A DNA stretch of 64,000 nt from Candidatus Rariloculaceae bacterium (lineage in GTDB: Bacteria > Pseudomonadota > Gammaproteobacteria > Steroidobacterales > Rariloculaceae), in NCBI GenBank assembly GCA_965221035.1, contig OZ244860.1, positions 992,687-1,056,686 of the forward strand, written 5' to 3'. Position numbers and translations under genes: made by a program. A model generated the notes under the pieces. That model did no database searches, was not told the DNA's origin, and saw only the letters and a program-made list of their open reading frames with translations. Positions 1 to 10,257 of the stretch are shown one piece after another; within the stretch, counting starts at the first letter, position 1; every line of letters starts with the position of its first letter.

Positions 1-332
1 GGAAAGAAGCACAGCAGTTCAAGCGGTTCCCCGCCCGTGTTGCGCGTATGGTGACGCTCGCCCGGCGGAACCAGCACGGTGTCGCCCGGCTTCAGTGGGC
101 GTTCCTGGTCCTCCGTGCAGAACAGCCCCTTCCCGGAAAGCACGTGGATGCACTCCTCGCAGTCCGGATGCGAGTGATGCGTCCGCACCGGGCCGCTGCC
201 GGTCTCTACGGGAATCTCCACCCTTCGCAAGGTGACGGCGCGGGAACCCCTGGCACCGGAGACGATTTCGCGGGAAATCCTTCCCGGCAGTCCGAGTTCC
301 GTCGCGTCTTCGGCTGAAAAGATCAGAGCCAT
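1..332 (-). CDS. cupin domain-containing protein (3' end cut by window edge)
   Basis: Not in the ORF track because no stop lies in the window. Reverse-strand ATG at 332..330 opens MALIFSAEDATELGLPGRISREIV...RTHHSHPDCEECIHVLSGKG...GDTVLVPPGERHHTRNTG. Both cupin motifs are recognisable (H-x-H...E...G and G-x5-P-x-G-x2-H-x3-N). It starts 13 nt after the creatininase stop. Confidence 0.6.
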   Translation of the reverse strand, partial: MALIFSAEDATELGLPGRISREIVSGARGSRAVTLRRVEIPVETGSGPVRTHHSHPDCEECIHVLSGKGLFCTEDQERPLKPGDTVLVPPGERHHTRNTGGEPLELLCFF

Positions 333-345
333 GGAACGAGCCCGG

Positions 346-1155
346 TCAACCGACCTGCCGCAATTCCCGTACCTCGGCCGTTCCGCCCTGCACGGCGTCA
401 AGCCGGTCGAAGATATCGGCCGCCTCCGTGGCGATGGCGTCGGCGATGCCGGTGAGCATCCGCCGGGCCTTCTCGACCGTGGCATGCTCCGGCGAGCCGT
501 ACCAGCCCGTAGGCGCGATGGAGCGAATGTCCGTCAACACCGGCTGATAGCTGTGGGTGCGCCGCAGCCGGTCCATCTCCCGCCCGCGTTCCGCGTTGGA
601 GGAATAGTCGATGCGCTCCAGGTGGACCAACTCGGGACGGTGGGCCAGCACCGCCAGGACCTCGATCTCGCCGCCGTGCGTCAGGCCGCCGAATTCCCCT
701 CCGAACAGCTCGGCGGCGACGTAACACGCCTGAACGGTGATCACCGAAAGGCCATGGTCCCGATGCAGCGCATCGGCGATGATGGAGAGCGACGGGATGT
801 TGCCCTCGTGCCAGTTGAGGATCAGGCAACGACGCGCGCCGTGATTGGCGGTGGATACGCAGGTCTCCCTGACCACCCGCATGTAGGTTTCCGGCGTCAG
901 CGTGATGGTGCCCTCGAAGGGCGCGTGCATCGGGGTGACCCCCAGCGGACCACCGGGCAGCACCAGGCCGTCCATCCTTTCCGCCACCGCATGTGAAACG
1001 ACGTTGGCGGCGTAAATGTCCGTGCCGGTGGGCAGGTGCGGGCCATGCTGTTCCACGCTGCCGGCCGGAAAGATCACCAGCGGATTGCGCCTCAATTGCG
1101 CCGCGATCTCGGGCTGGGTCAGGTCGATGAAATAACGGGTTGGCAAATCGCTCAT
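346..1155 (-). CDS. creatininase (creatinine amidohydrolase) family protein
   Basis: 269-aa ORF with ATG start. The motif FPAGSVEQHGPHLPTGTDI is typical of the creatininase family metal site. Confidence 0.85.
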   Translation of the reverse strand: MSDLPTRYFIDLTQPEIAAQLRRNPLVIFPAGSVEQHGPHLPTGTDIYAANVVSHAVAERMDGLVLPGGPLGVTPMHAPFEGTITLTPETYMRVVRETCVSTANHGARRCLILNWHEGNIPSLSIIADALHRDHGLSVITVQACYVAAELFGGEFGGLTHGGEIEVLAVLAHRPELVHLERIDYSSNAERGREMDRLRRTHSYQPVLTDIRSIAPTGWYGSPEHATVEKARRMLTGIADAIATEAADIFDRLDAVQGGTAEVRELRQVG

Positions 1156-1204
1156 TTGGGCGCTCCCCGCGGACTCGTCCCGGTCCGCCCGGTCCCCGCA
1201 GGCA

Positions 1205-2281
1205 TCAGGCGGCCGCGAGCCGCGCCCGGGACGCTTCCATGACGTCCTCGAGCCGGATCAGACCGCCGTCCCGTTCGACGGAAACCAGCGCGGCGTTCAC
1301 CACGGCCAGCGCAACGTTGCCACTGCGCGCCGTCAATTCGGCCGGTTCGCCGCTTGCGCAGACGCCGGCGAACATCTCCAGTTCGTCCTGAAACATGTCA
1401 CCCTGGGGCAGCTCGATCACTTCCCGCCGGGCGTATCCATCCTTGCCGCGTTGAATGTACAGCAGGGAGGTTTCGTGGAGCCTTTCGGGCGTATCCCAGG
1501 TTCCGAAATCCAGTTCGTAGTGCATCAGCCCTTTCTGTCCGAACACGCGAACGCAGAAGATTCCCGGCGACGTCCAGCTGGAACCCACGTAACCCAGCTT
1601 TCCGTCCGCGAACCTGAGCACCGTCATGGATTGATCGTCGACCTCGGCCCCCACCGGAGACAGTTTTGAGGCGACGGAGGATACCGACTCGATCTCGCCT
1701 CCGAGAAAATGCAGCGTGTCGAACTGGTGGATGGCCAACTGGGACAGCGGGCCGCCCGGCGCCTTGTCGCGGTACCAGCGCCAGGTGTCCGGGGTGATCT
1801 CGAGGGCGCGCTCGTTGGAGAAATTCGCCTCCATGAAGACCACCCGGCCCAGTTCGCCGGCGTCCATGGCTTCGCGGATCAGGCGAATGCCCTTCAGAAG
1901 CCGAGCGCTGTGCCCGACCATCACCTGCACACCGTGGCGTTGTTGCAGGGCCTCGATGGCGAGACCGGATTCCAGCGTGTTGGCGATGGGTTTTTCGGTG
2001 TAGACGTGCTTGCCCGCCCTGGCAACCCGTTCGGCCACGGGCAGATGCTGTTCGTTGGGAACCGTGAGTATCACGCCGGCGATGTCGGGATCCTGCAGCA
2101 TCAGGTCAAGCTCCGGCACCGCCGAGATGCCGAATTCGCCCTCGTAGGCGCGCCTTTTTTCCGCCGACCGACTGTAACCGGCCACGATCTTCAGGCGGTC
2201 CGACTTGACCGCGGCACGGGTGAGAACCCGGGACCAGCGACCTAGTCCTACGATCCCCACCCTGACCGGAATTACACTCAT
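1205..2281 (-). CDS. Gfo/Idh/MocA family oxidoreductase
   Basis: N-terminal Rossmann motif VRVGIVGLGRWSR and the family pattern EKP (YTEKPIA). Start moved to the internal ATG (MSVIPVRVGIVGLG) because the upstream part of the ORF only translates a tandem DNA repeat. Confidence 0.85.
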   Translation of the reverse strand: MSVIPVRVGIVGLGRWSRVLTRAAVKSDRLKIVAGYSRSAEKRRAYEGEFGISAVPELDLMLQDPDIAGVILTVPNEQHLPVAERVARAGKHVYTEKPIANTLESGLAIEALQQRHGVQVMVGHSARLLKGIRLIREAMDAGELGRVVFMEANFSNERALEITPDTWRWYRDKAPGGPLSQLAIHQFDTLHFLGGEIESVSSVASKLSPVGAEVDDQSMTVLRFADGKLGYVGSSWTSPGIFCVRVFGQKGLMHYELDFGTWDTPERLHETSLLYIQRGKDGYARREVIELPQGDMFQDELEMFAGVCASGEPAELTARSGNVALAVVNAALVSVERDGGLIRLEDVMEASRARLAAA

Positions 2282-2290
2282 TTCACGTCG

Positions 2291-2332
2291 CTCCCGCCGT
2301 TTTCGGCAATTCTCCCGCCGTTTTCGGCAATT
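2291..2332. repeat. perfect 21-bp tandem duplication (ctcccgccgttttcggcaatt x2) in a divergent intergenic region
   Basis: Read directly: 2291..2311 is identical to 2312..2332. On the minus strand each unit carries a small hairpin GCCG-AAAA-CGGC followed by GGGAG. The second copy ends 9 nt before the oxidoreductase ATG. Confidence 0.95.
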
Positions 2333-2386
2333 TGAAAGGCGCAATATCGTAAACTATCGCGCCCGCGTTCGCAGCGGGAATCAGGA

Positions 2387-2698
2387 ATGGATTACCGGGA
2401 GGATCGACACGTGAGCATTCCGCATCTGTTGGTGCATGACCGGCGCGACAATGTCGGTGTGGTCGTGGTTGAAGGCGTGCGGGCGGGCATGGAATTGCTG
2501 GCCGTGGTGACCGAAGATGACAGCGATTTCACGATCACGACCCACCATGACGTGCCCATCGGCCACAAGATCGCCCTCACCGACCTCGCCAGGGGCGATG
2601 CGGCGATCAAGTACGGCGTGGACATCGGCCTGGTGGTCGCCGACACCTGCAAGGGCGAACACGTCCACACACACAATCTGAAGACCAAACGATGGTAG
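2387..2698 (+). CDS. UxaA family hydrolase, small N-terminal (SAF-domain) subunit
   Basis: 103 aa. DNVGVVV...GHKIAL..L..G....KYG..IG...........[13 protein letters not shown] is the typical altronate/galactarate dehydratase N-terminal domain. An alternative GTG start at 2411 has a much better GGGAGGA Shine-Dalgarno 8 nt upstream. Confidence 0.8.
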   Translation: MDYREDRHVSIPHLLVHDRRDNVGVVVVEGVRAGMELLAVVTEDDSDFTITTHHDVPIGHKIALTDLARGDAAIKYGVDIGLVVADTCKGEHVHTHNLKTKRW

Positions 2699-3879
2699 GT
2701 TCCGAAATGACAGCGAATGGCACATTCTTTGGCTACCGGCGCGACAACGGGCGCGTGGGCATACGCAACCACGTGGCGATCCTGCCGGTGGACGACATCT
2801 CCAACGCGGCCTGCGAGGCCGTCGCGAACAATATCCACGGCACCATCGCCCTGCCCCACGCCTACGGCCGGCTGCAGTTCGGCGAGGACCTGGACCTTCA
2901 CTTCCGGACCATGATCGGCACGGGGTCGAACCCGAATGTCGCCGCCTGCGTGGTCATCGGCATCGAGCCGGACTGGACCCGGGAGATCGCCGATGGCATC
3001 GCCGCCACGGGCAAGCCCACGGCGAGCTTTTCCATCGAGCAGCACGGCGACATCAACACCATCGCCGCGGCGTCCCGGCAGGCAAAGGAATTCGTGCACA
3101 TGACGTCCGGGCTGCAACGCGAGCCCTGCAAGGTTTCGGAGTTATGGATCGCGGCCAAGTGCGGCGAGTCCGACACCACCACCGGTCTGGCGTCCTGCCC
3201 GGCGGTGGGCAACCTCTACGACACATGGATTCCGGAGGGAATCTACGGCTGCTTCGGCGAGACCACGGAGATCACCGGCGCCGAGCACATCTGCGCGGCG
3301 CGGGCGGCGACCCCGGAAATCGGCAAGAAGTTCCTCCAGACCTGGCAGGCCTACCAGGACGAGGTGGTGGAGCCCTACAAGACCTCGGATCTGTCCGACA
3401 GCCAGCCCACCAAGGGCAACATTGCCGGCGGGTTGACCACCATCGAAGAGAAGGCACTGGGCAATCTGGAGAAGATCGGCAAGAAGGTCAGCTACATCGA
3501 TGTGCTGGAACCGGCCGAGGCGCCGACCAGCGGACCGGGCCTGTACTTCATGGACACCTCGTCCGCGGCAGCCGAGTGCAACACGATTCAGGCGGCGGCG
3601 GGCTACGTGGTGCATTGTTTCCCCACCGGACAGGGCAATATCGTCGGCAACCCGATCATGCCCGTCATCAAGATCACCGGGAATCCCCGGACCGTGCGCA
3701 CCATGGGCGAACACATCGACGTGGATGTATCCGGTGTCGTGCGCCGGGAGATGACCATTCCCCAGGCCGGACAGGCGCTGATGGACATGGTCATCCGGAC
3801 GGCCAACGGGCGTCTGACGGCGGCAGAGGCCTTGGGACACAATGAATTCGTCATGACCAAGCTGTATCGCAGCGCGTAG
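2692..3879 (+). CDS. UxaA family hydrolase, large C-terminal subunit (altronate dehydratase-like)
   Basis: 395 aa. It starts [21 protein letters not shown] and overlaps the small-subunit stop (ATGGTAG), the split-gene arrangement seen in this family. Confidence 0.85.
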   Translation: MVGSEMTANGTFFGYRRDNGRVGIRNHVAILPVDDISNAACEAVANNIHGTIALPHAYGRLQFGEDLDLHFRTMIGTGSNPNVAACVVIGIEPDWTREIADGIAATGKPTASFSIEQHGDINTIAAASRQAKEFVHMTSGLQREPCKVSELWIAAKCGESDTTTGLASCPAVGNLYDTWIPEGIYGCFGETTEITGAEHICAARAATPEIGKKFLQTWQAYQDEVVEPYKTSDLSDSQPTKGNIAGGLTTIEEKALGNLEKIGKKVSYIDVLEPAEAPTSGPGLYFMDTSSAAAECNTIQAAAGYVVHCFPTGQGNIVGNPIMPVIKITGNPRTVRTMGEHIDVDVSGVVRREMTIPQAGQALMDMVIRTANGRLTAAEALGHNEFVMTKLYRSA

Positions 3880-3925
3880 GCGCGGCCCCGGAAACCGCCC
3901 GTAGACCGTTCGCCCTGAAGCCCGA

Positions 3926-5449
3926 ATGAAGAGGCTGCGCAAATGGATGGCCCTGCGTACGGCGCTGTCGGCGCTTGCCTGTTTGGCCGGTGCGGGATGG
4001 AGCCCGTTCACGGCAGCGCAGCCACCCAACCTGCTGGTGCTCGTCGCCGACGATCTCGGAACGGAAACCCTGGCCGCCTACGGGTTCGGCCATCCCACCG
4101 CCGTCACGCCGAGCCTGGACGCGCTCGCCCGAGACGGCCTGCTGATCAGGGATTTCTGGGCGCAACCCACCTGCTCGCCCACCAGGGCGGCGGTGATGAC
4201 CGGTCGATACGCCTTCCGAACCGGCGTGCGAACGGTGTTGGGGGCCGACTGGGCCAGCCTGGGCATCAGCGAATTCCCGCAAAAGGCCAGGACCGCGCCA
4301 CGGGAGATCGACTTTTCGCCATTGGGCCCACTACCCGAGGGGCAATTGCTGACCCTGCAGCGGGTGGCCTTCCCCGGCGGCGATGCGACTGCGCCTCCCG
4401 CAGGCCCGAGCCTGGACGAATACATGCTGCCGCGGGCCCTGAAGGACCTCCCGACACCGTACAGCACGGGCGCCTTCGGCAAATGGCACCTGGGCACATC
4501 GGCGAATGGGCTGGCCCGGCACCCGAACCTGGCCGGATTCGACCACTTCTCGGGATATCTCTTCGGCGGACCGGGCAGCCATTTTGCCTGGCACCATGTC
4601 GTGAACGGCGAAATGAGCGAGCGTAGCGGTTACGCGGACCAGGACACGGTGGATGAAGCCGCTGAGTGGATCAACGACCGGCGCGGCGAACCCTGGTTCG
4701 CGTGGGTAGCCTTCGCCAATCCCCATACGCCCATTCACCTGCCGCCGGTCGATCTGCTGGCGAGCGACGCCAGGAACCTGGATCCCGACGCGGTCGCCAT
4801 CCACAACACCCAGCCCTATTTCCTCGCCCAGGTCGAGGCCATGGACACGCTGATCGGTCAACTGCTCGACCGGATTCCACGACAGGTTCTGGATAACACG
4901 TATGTGATCTTTTTTGGCGACAACGGTACCGTCGAGTGGGATGATCCCCCGAGCCCGCGCGACCGCAACAAGGTCAAGGGCACCCCTTACGAAGGTGGAG
5001 TCAACGTGCCGCTGATCGTCCGTGGCCCCGGTATTCGCGCCGGTCGGGAAAAACGGATTCTCGGCCACGCCGTGGACCTGTTCGCAACCATCATCGAACT
5101 GGCCGGAGGGAACGTTTCGGATCTGGTGCCGACGCGGACCCGACTGGACTCGTTCAGCCTTGCACGCACGCTGCTTGATGCCGACGCCACCGGTCCGAGA
5201 ACATGGGTATTCGCGGAACAGTCGCTCGGCCCGAGCAACCACGACCTGATCCGCAACGACGAATACAAGCTGATACTCGACCTGAACTCGGGCGACGAGG
5301 AATTCTATCACCTGGCCGAAGATCCCCACGAGACCGACCCGCTGCCGGTGGACGGGTTGAATGACTCCGGGCGCCGGAACCATGACGAACTGAAGCGCGC
5401 CTATGCAGGGTTGCTGGGCTCCGAAGACGCCGAAGCCGTCACGCGCTGA
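3926..5449 (+). CDS. sulfatase (Cys-type, secreted)
   Basis: Signal peptide, then [10 protein letters not shown] and the sulfatase signature [12 protein letters not shown] (C-x-P-x-R). Confidence 0.85.
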   Translation: MKRLRKWMALRTALSALACLAGAGWSPFTAAQPPNLLVLVADDLGTETLAAYGFGHPTAVTPSLDALARDGLLIRDFWAQPTCSPTRAAVMTGRYAFRTGVRTVLGADWASLGISEFPQKARTAPREIDFSPLGPLPEGQLLTLQRVAFPGGDATAPPAGPSLDEYMLPRALKDLPTPYSTGAFGKWHLGTSANGLARHPNLAGFDHFSGYLFGGPGSHFAWHHVVNGEMSERSGYADQDTVDEAAEWINDRRGEPWFAWVAFANPHTPIHLPPVDLLASDARNLDPDAVAIHNTQPYFLAQVEAMDTLIGQLLDRIPRQVLDNTYVIFFGDNGTVEWDDPPSPRDRNKVKGTPYEGGVNVPLIVRGPGIRAGREKRILGHAVDLFATIIELAGGNVSDLVPTRTRLDSFSLARTLLDADATGPRTWVFAEQSLGPSNHDLIRNDEYKLILDLNSGDEEFYHLAEDPHETDPLPVDGLNDSGRRNHDELKRAYAGLLGSEDAEAVTR

Positions 5450-6894
5450 CGCACCAGGAGATTCATCAGTTCATCCACCGTGGTGCCTTCGAATCGTTGC
5501 TGATCGGACGCGATCGCGGAGAGCCGCGCCCAGGCCTTCTCCTCAAGACACGGGCGGACGCCGGATTCGAACTTCCGCATCAGCACCGGCAAGGCCTCCT
5601 CGCGTCGCTCGCGGTGCCCGGCGGGGCACGAAACCTCGACCCTGTCGGTGGCCGTCCCATCCCGGAACCTGACCTGCACGGCGTTGCCTATGTAGCGCTT
5701 GTCGGGATCGTAGTAGTCGCTTGTGAACCGGGGGTTCTCCCGCACGTTCATCCTGGAGCGTAGCGCATCGATGCGCGGGTCGCCCGCGACCGCCTCCTCA
5801 TAGTCATCCGCGGTGAGCCTGCCGAATATCAACGCCACGGTGACCATGTATTGAAGGCAGTGGTCCCGGTCCGCCGGATTGTGCAGCGGCCCGGTCTTGT
5901 CGATGATGCGGATGGCTGGTTCCTGGGTTTCGATGATCACTTCGGAAACGTCATCGAGGCGGTCCTTGAGCAGTGGATGTAGCGCCATGGCGGCTTCCAC
6001 GGCCGTTTGCGCATGAAACTCGGCGGGCCAGGAGATCTTGAAGAGGATGTTCTCCATGACATAGGTGCCCAACGGGCGCGCCGAGCGTATCGGCTTGCCG
6101 TCGAACAATACGTCGGAAAACCCCCATTTCGGGGCGCTGAGCGCCGACGGATAGCCCATTTCACCAGCCAGGGTCAGCAGCGCGAGTCGGACCGCCCGGC
6201 TCGTGGCGTCGCCAGCCGCCCAACTCTTGCGGGGGCCGGTATTCGGAGCATGCCGGTAGGTCCTGAGCGCACCGCCGTCGATCCAGGCATTGGAAACGCT
6301 GTCGACGATCTGCTCGCGGCTGCCTCCGAGCAGGCGCGTGGCCACCGCCGTGGATGCGATCCGGACCAGCAGCACATGATCGAGCCCGACGCGGTTGAAG
6401 CTGTTTTCAAGACTCAGCACGCCCTGGATTTCGTAGGCCTTTATCATCGCGGCGAGCACGTCGCGCAGGGTCGTGGGCGAACGCCCACCGGATTCACGCC
6501 GACGGTCCCGGTAGTCCGCCACGGCGAGGATCGCGCCCAGGTTGTCGGACGGGTGGCCCCATTCGGCAGCCAGCCAGGTATCGTTGAAGTCGAGCCAACG
6601 GACCATCGCGCCGATGTTGAAGGCGGCGGTGACCGGATCGAGCTCGTACGAGGTTCCCGGCACACGCGCTCCTCCGCGCACTTCAGCCCCGGGGACCACC
6701 GGTCCGAGCAGTTTGGCGCATGCGGGCACGCGAAGCGCCATGAACGCGCAGGCCAACGCGTCGAGCAGGCAATACCGGGCGGTGGTGTATGCCGCGGAGG
6801 ATTCCGGCAGATCCGCGACCGTGTAATCGGCTATCGCCGCAAGGATCGGGTCGGGGTCCGACCGCGCCGCGGAGCGGAGATCGTAGTTGGACAT
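5401..6894 (-). CDS. MmgE/PrpD family protein (2-methylcitrate dehydratase-like)
   Basis: Family-typical length and sequence (..[12 protein letters not shown].., ..[15 protein letters not shown].., ..[13 protein letters not shown]..). Start set at the internal ATG 6894 (MSNYDLRS...). Confidence 0.85.
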   Translation of the reverse strand: MSNYDLRSAARSDPDPILAAIADYTVADLPESSAAYTTARYCLLDALACAFMALRVPACAKLLGPVVPGAEVRGGARVPGTSYELDPVTAAFNIGAMVRWLDFNDTWLAAEWGHPSDNLGAILAVADYRDRRRESGGRSPTTLRDVLAAMIKAYEIQGVLSLENSFNRVGLDHVLLVRIASTAVATRLLGGSREQIVDSVSNAWIDGGALRTYRHAPNTGPRKSWAAGDATSRAVRLALLTLAGEMGYPSALSAPKWGFSDVLFDGKPIRSARPLGTYVMENILFKISWPAEFHAQTAVEAAMALHPLLKDRLDDVSEVIIETQEPAIRIIDKTGPLHNPADRDHCLQYMVTVALIFGRLTADDYEEAVAGDPRIDALRSRMNVRENPRFTSDYYDPDKRYIGNAVQVRFRDGTATDRVEVSCPAGHRERREEALPVLMRKFESGVRPCLEEKAWARLSAIASDQQRFEGTTVDELMNLLVRQRVTASASSEPSNPA

Positions 6895-7053
6895 GGCGCG
6901 CGATTTTACGCGCCCGCGGTGTGCAGCGACAACCGGGGCCAGCGACAACTGGGGCCAGCGGCAATCAGGCGCAGCGGCAAACAGTTGCAGTGGCAACCAG
7001 TTGCAGCGACCAAGGGGACTGAAACCGACCGCCGGCGTGCCGACGGCGGCGAT

Positions 7054-7854
7054 TCAGTGCGTCATCGAGTAGATCAGGTAATTGACGGCGAACCGATAGG
7101 CCAGCGCGGTCATGGGCTCCGGATACCACGGGTCATCTGCATGCTCCCAGGCATCACCCATGTCCATGTTGAAGTTGATCGCCACCATGAGCCGCCCGTC
7201 ACTGTCGAAAATTCCCCGCCAGTGGGGCACCGTACCCTCCCTGTTGCCTCCCCGACCGGGTATCTGGGTGCGTTGGTCGAGGTCGTAGAGCACGTGCAAC
7301 AGCGGATGGTCTTCCGCAAGCTCGAGTATCGGGCGGTCGGGGAATACCAGCCGCATGGACTCGTTGAAGATGTACCACTCGTATTCCCCCCAAAAATCGT
7401 CGACCATCAGGAATCCGCCCCGGTCGAGATATTCTCGCAGCAGCGTGGCTTCGGAAACGCTGAGTTCCCACTGCCCGACCTCGACCGCGTACAGCCACGG
7501 GTAGTCGAACAGCCGGTCGTCGTCCAGGGTAATGAGCCGGCCACCGTCGCCGTAGTAGTCAACGGGCTGCCCGTCCACGCGGGTCAGGCGATTGACGCCC
7601 TGCATGAGGTGGTATTCCGCGTCCGCGTAGTCCGTGCTCCACGCGCCTCCGCCACCCCAACCCCGGCCGCGGCGGCTGGACGGAGAGTTTCTGTACACGA
7701 GTCGGGCAAAGTGAAATTCAGCGGTGGGGCCTCCCTCCAGTCGGGAATCCCCGCCGCCCTGCCCGGCGGCCGTTCCGACCCACAGGAAAGCCGCCAGCAC
7801 CGCGACGCCCGTACCGAACGCGGCGGAGGATGTGCACCGCCGATTTGTTGCCAC
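7054..7854 (-). CDS. DUF4159 domain-containing protein (secreted)
   Basis: C-terminal 230 aa (FHFARLVY...WSTDYADAEYHL...DYPWLYAVEVGQWELS..EA..LREYL.RGGFLMVDDFWG...) looks like DUF4159. The track ORF runs to 8283, but that part is antisense to the neighbouring sulfatase. I place the start at GTG 7854 before a signal-like segment AAFGTGVAVLAAFLWVGTAAG. Start uncertain. Confidence 0.65.
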   Translation of the reverse strand: MATNRRCTSSAAFGTGVAVLAAFLWVGTAAGQGGGDSRLEGGPTAEFHFARLVYRNSPSSRRGRGWGGGGAWSTDYADAEYHLMQGVNRLTRVDGQPVDYYGDGGRLITLDDDRLFDYPWLYAVEVGQWELSVSEATLLREYLDRGGFLMVDDFWGEYEWYIFNESMRLVFPDRPILELAEDHPLLHVLYDLDQRTQIPGRGGNREGTVPHWRGIFDSDGRLMVAINFNMDMGDAWEHADDPWYPEPMTALAYRFAVNYLIYSMTH

Positions 7855-7942
7855 GTCGTCTCGCCTCCCGATGCCCCCAAGAAACCAGACGATTATGACA
7901 CTCAACCCCTTCCGTGCCAAAGCGCGCAAACCATTGCGTATA

Positions 7943-9397
7943 ATGCGACCCGTGACGTCACCCCGCTCCACCCTTTTCCTTCTGCTCGTACTGGCCACGC
8001 CGGCCGGGTGGCTCCACGCGCAACCGGTCACGTCACCCGACATCCTCTTCATCGCGATCGACGACCTGAACGACTGGGTCGGGCCGCTGGACGGGCATCC
8101 GCAAGCTAAGACGCCCAACATGGACCGCCTCGCCGAGCGGGGCATGGTTTTCGCCAACGCGCACACGACCGCCCCATTGTGCAACCCTGCCCGGACGGCA
8201 CTCATGACCGGCCTGAGCGCCGCGACGACCGGCGTGTATGTGAACCAGCCGGACTGGCGCACGATGGACATCTTTCGGGACATTCGTACGCTACCGGGAC
8301 ACTTCCAGGATGCCGGCTACGCCACCCATGGCGCCGGCAAGCTGTTCCACTCCAGCACGTTCAATGCCTGGGCCTATTACGGCTACAACGACACCACCGC
8401 CTGGGATGGCTACTATCCGTCGCTGGATCGGCAGCTCCCCGACGAAATCAGGCCCCACGATATTCCGGCCAACGGCAACCCCCATGGCGTGAGGTTCGAC
8501 TGGGCGCCGATTTACGCCGACGACCGGGCCATGGGCGACGGTCAGGTCACCGCCTGGTCCACGCAACAGCTCCTGACCGAAATCGACGGTCCCCGATTCG
8601 ATGCCGTGGGCATCTATCGCCCCCACCTGCCCTGGTACCTGCCGCAGAAGTACTTCGACCTGCACCCGCTTGACACCGTGGAACTTCCACCCGTACTGGA
8701 AGACGACCTCGACGACGTCTCCGAGATCGCCAGGATGCAGGGCCACACCACCCCGGGAGGGCCGATGGAAGTCCACCAGTGGGCACTGGAGGCCGGTGTG
8801 TGGAAGGATGGCGTTCAGGCGTATCTCGCCAGCGTCAGTTTCGCCGATGCCATGCTGGGACAGGTGCTAGACGCGCTCGAACAAAGCGGGCGGGGGGACG
8901 ACACCATCATTGTGATGTGGTCCGACCACGGCTGGCATCTGGGTGAGAAGGCGCGCTGGCGCAAGCACTCCCTGTGGCGCGAGTCCACACGCGTTCCGCT
9001 GATCGTGGTGGCCCCGGGCGTGACCCGGCCCGGTAGCCGCTCGAATACGCCCGTGTCGCTGCTGGACCTCTACCCCACGCTCACCGAACTGGCCGGGTTG
9101 CCAACGCCGGACCACGTTGAAGGGCTGAGCCTGTTGCCCCTGCTTCGGGACCCGTCATCGACCCTGGAGCGAATGGGCGTCGTCACCACGTTCGGTTACC
9201 GTAATCACGCCGTCAGCAGCGGGCGCTACCGGTATATCACCTACTCCGATGGCTCCGAAGAACTCTACGATATTGACACCGACCCGCACGAATGGAGCAA
9301 CCGGGCCGCGGACCCCGCGTTGGCGACAGTCAAGGCCGAATTGACGGATTGGCTGCCGCGGCACAATGAACCCGACGCGCGCACGGTGCAACCTTGA
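7943..9397 (+). CDS. sulfatase (Cys-type, secreted)
   Basis: Signal peptide MRPVTSPRSTLFLLLVLATPAGWLHA, then ILFIAIDDLNDW and the signature CNPARTALMTGL. An alternative ATG lies at 7895. Confidence 0.85.
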   Translation: MRPVTSPRSTLFLLLVLATPAGWLHAQPVTSPDILFIAIDDLNDWVGPLDGHPQAKTPNMDRLAERGMVFANAHTTAPLCNPARTALMTGLSAATTGVYVNQPDWRTMDIFRDIRTLPGHFQDAGYATHGAGKLFHSSTFNAWAYYGYNDTTAWDGYYPSLDRQLPDEIRPHDIPANGNPHGVRFDWAPIYADDRAMGDGQVTAWSTQQLLTEIDGPRFDAVGIYRPHLPWYLPQKYFDLHPLDTVELPPVLEDDLDDVSEIARMQGHTTPGGPMEVHQWALEAGVWKDGVQAYLASVSFADAMLGQVLDALEQSGRGDDTIIVMWSDHGWHLGEKARWRKHSLWRESTRVPLIVVAPGVTRPGSRSNTPVSLLDLYPTLTELAGLPTPDHVEGLSLLPLLRDPSSTLERMGVVTTFGYRNHAVSSGRYRYITYSDGSEELYDIDTDPHEWSNRAADPALATVKAELTDWLPRHNEPDARTVQP

Positions 9398-9563
9398 CTC
9401 GGGAAGTTGGCGGAACGGAAGATGGCAGCGCCCTGCCGGATTTCGTGGACGTATCCTTCAGGAGATTTCAGCAGGATTTCGACTGGCGGCGTTTGCGCGT
9501 CATGCGCACGGCGGTTCTTTTTGGCAGAATACCTTTTGATCCCGATGCACCAGGAGATTCGTC

Positions 9564-10205
9564 ATGTTCGCTCTGCGGCTGATCTCACTCGCGACGATTC
9601 TGATCTTCAGCAGTTCGGCGTTCGCCCAGCGGTGGGCGCCCTATACCAGCGAGGACGGCGAATTTCGGATCATGGCGCCCGGCGGGCAGTTCGAGATCGA
9701 AACCGTCGACTTCGAAACGGAATACGGGATCGTAGTGCCCGCACGCGTGCACAGGACGGAAGACAGGCACGGCACCTACACGCTGACCGTCGTTGACTAC
9801 ACCGATTCCATGGCGTTGCACCGGGAGCGAATCGCCGAACTGGATGACATCTATCTTGATGTCTACGGCGAGGTGGACGTTCGCGGGTCCGTGGCGTATT
9901 TCGCGAGAATGATTCGCGAAAGAGCCGAATCCGTGGAGTATGACAACTATCACTACATCGGCCGGGTCGATGGCCACCAGCTGCATACCACCAATCCCGA
10001 CGGCACGCGGACGTTTGCAGGCTTGTATCTGCTCGAAAGCAAGCTGTACGCCATCGACGCGACGATCGCGCCGAGGGCTCCGACCGGCGGGATGTTCCAG
10101 CAGTCGTTCGAGTTTCTCGACGAGAACGGCGACAGGATCATGTTCCCGAGCTTTCACGACGTGCGGAAAGTCAAGCTCGGCAGTGAATGGCGCCCGGGCC
10201 AGTAA
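9564..10205 (+). CDS. hypothetical secreted protein
   Basis: 213-aa ORF with an AGGAG Shine-Dalgarno 7 nt upstream and signal peptide MFALRLISLATILIFSSSAFA. I recognise no family. Confidence 0.5.
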   Translation: MFALRLISLATILIFSSSAFAQRWAPYTSEDGEFRIMAPGGQFEIETVDFETEYGIVVPARVHRTEDRHGTYTLTVVDYTDSMALHRERIAELDDIYLDVYGEVDVRGSVAYFARMIRERAESVEYDNYHYIGRVDGHQLHTTNPDGTRTFAGLYLLESKLYAIDATIAPRAPTGGMFQQSFEFLDENGDRIMFPSFHDVRKVKLGSEWRPGQ

Positions 10206-10257
10206 TGCCCCGGCGGCGCGGATGGAAATTCAGTAATTCAGGAATCGGGAGCCACAC

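Noticed and set aside
48-996. Plus-strand ORFs 48..317 and 232..996 at the left edge.
   Set aside because: They are antisense to a cupin gene and a creatininase gene that both carry clear catalytic motifs on the minus strand.
5401-5449. A 49-nt convergent overlap between the sulfatase and PrpD-family 3' ends.
   Set aside because: Tail-to-tail overlaps arise easily in GC-rich genomes with sparse stop codons. I saw no hairpin or other structure there. It is probably without regulatory meaning.
6007-8109. Very long ORFs in the track with no recognisable domains (for example 6007..8109 at 700 aa, 29507..31054 at 515 aa, 32314..34200 at 628 aa, 48691..49998 at 435 aa, 50043..51173, 15815..16672).
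   Set aside because: Each lies antisense to, or out of frame with, a gene that has clear family motifs (PrpD, hflX, mutL, istA, nnr, BNR protein). Their products are Arg/Pro/Gly/Ala-rich low-complexity strings. These are typical shadow ORFs of high-GC DNA, where stop codons are rare.
7855-8283. N-terminal extension of the DUF4159 ORF, with similar upstream extensions of ORFs at 1205..2344, 5401..6996, 20358..21680, 21406..22158, 56490..57497 and 58805..60178.
   Set aside because: The extensions overlap neighbouring genes or intergenic repeats, lack family similarity, and each contains an internal start followed by a signal peptide or conserved N-terminus.
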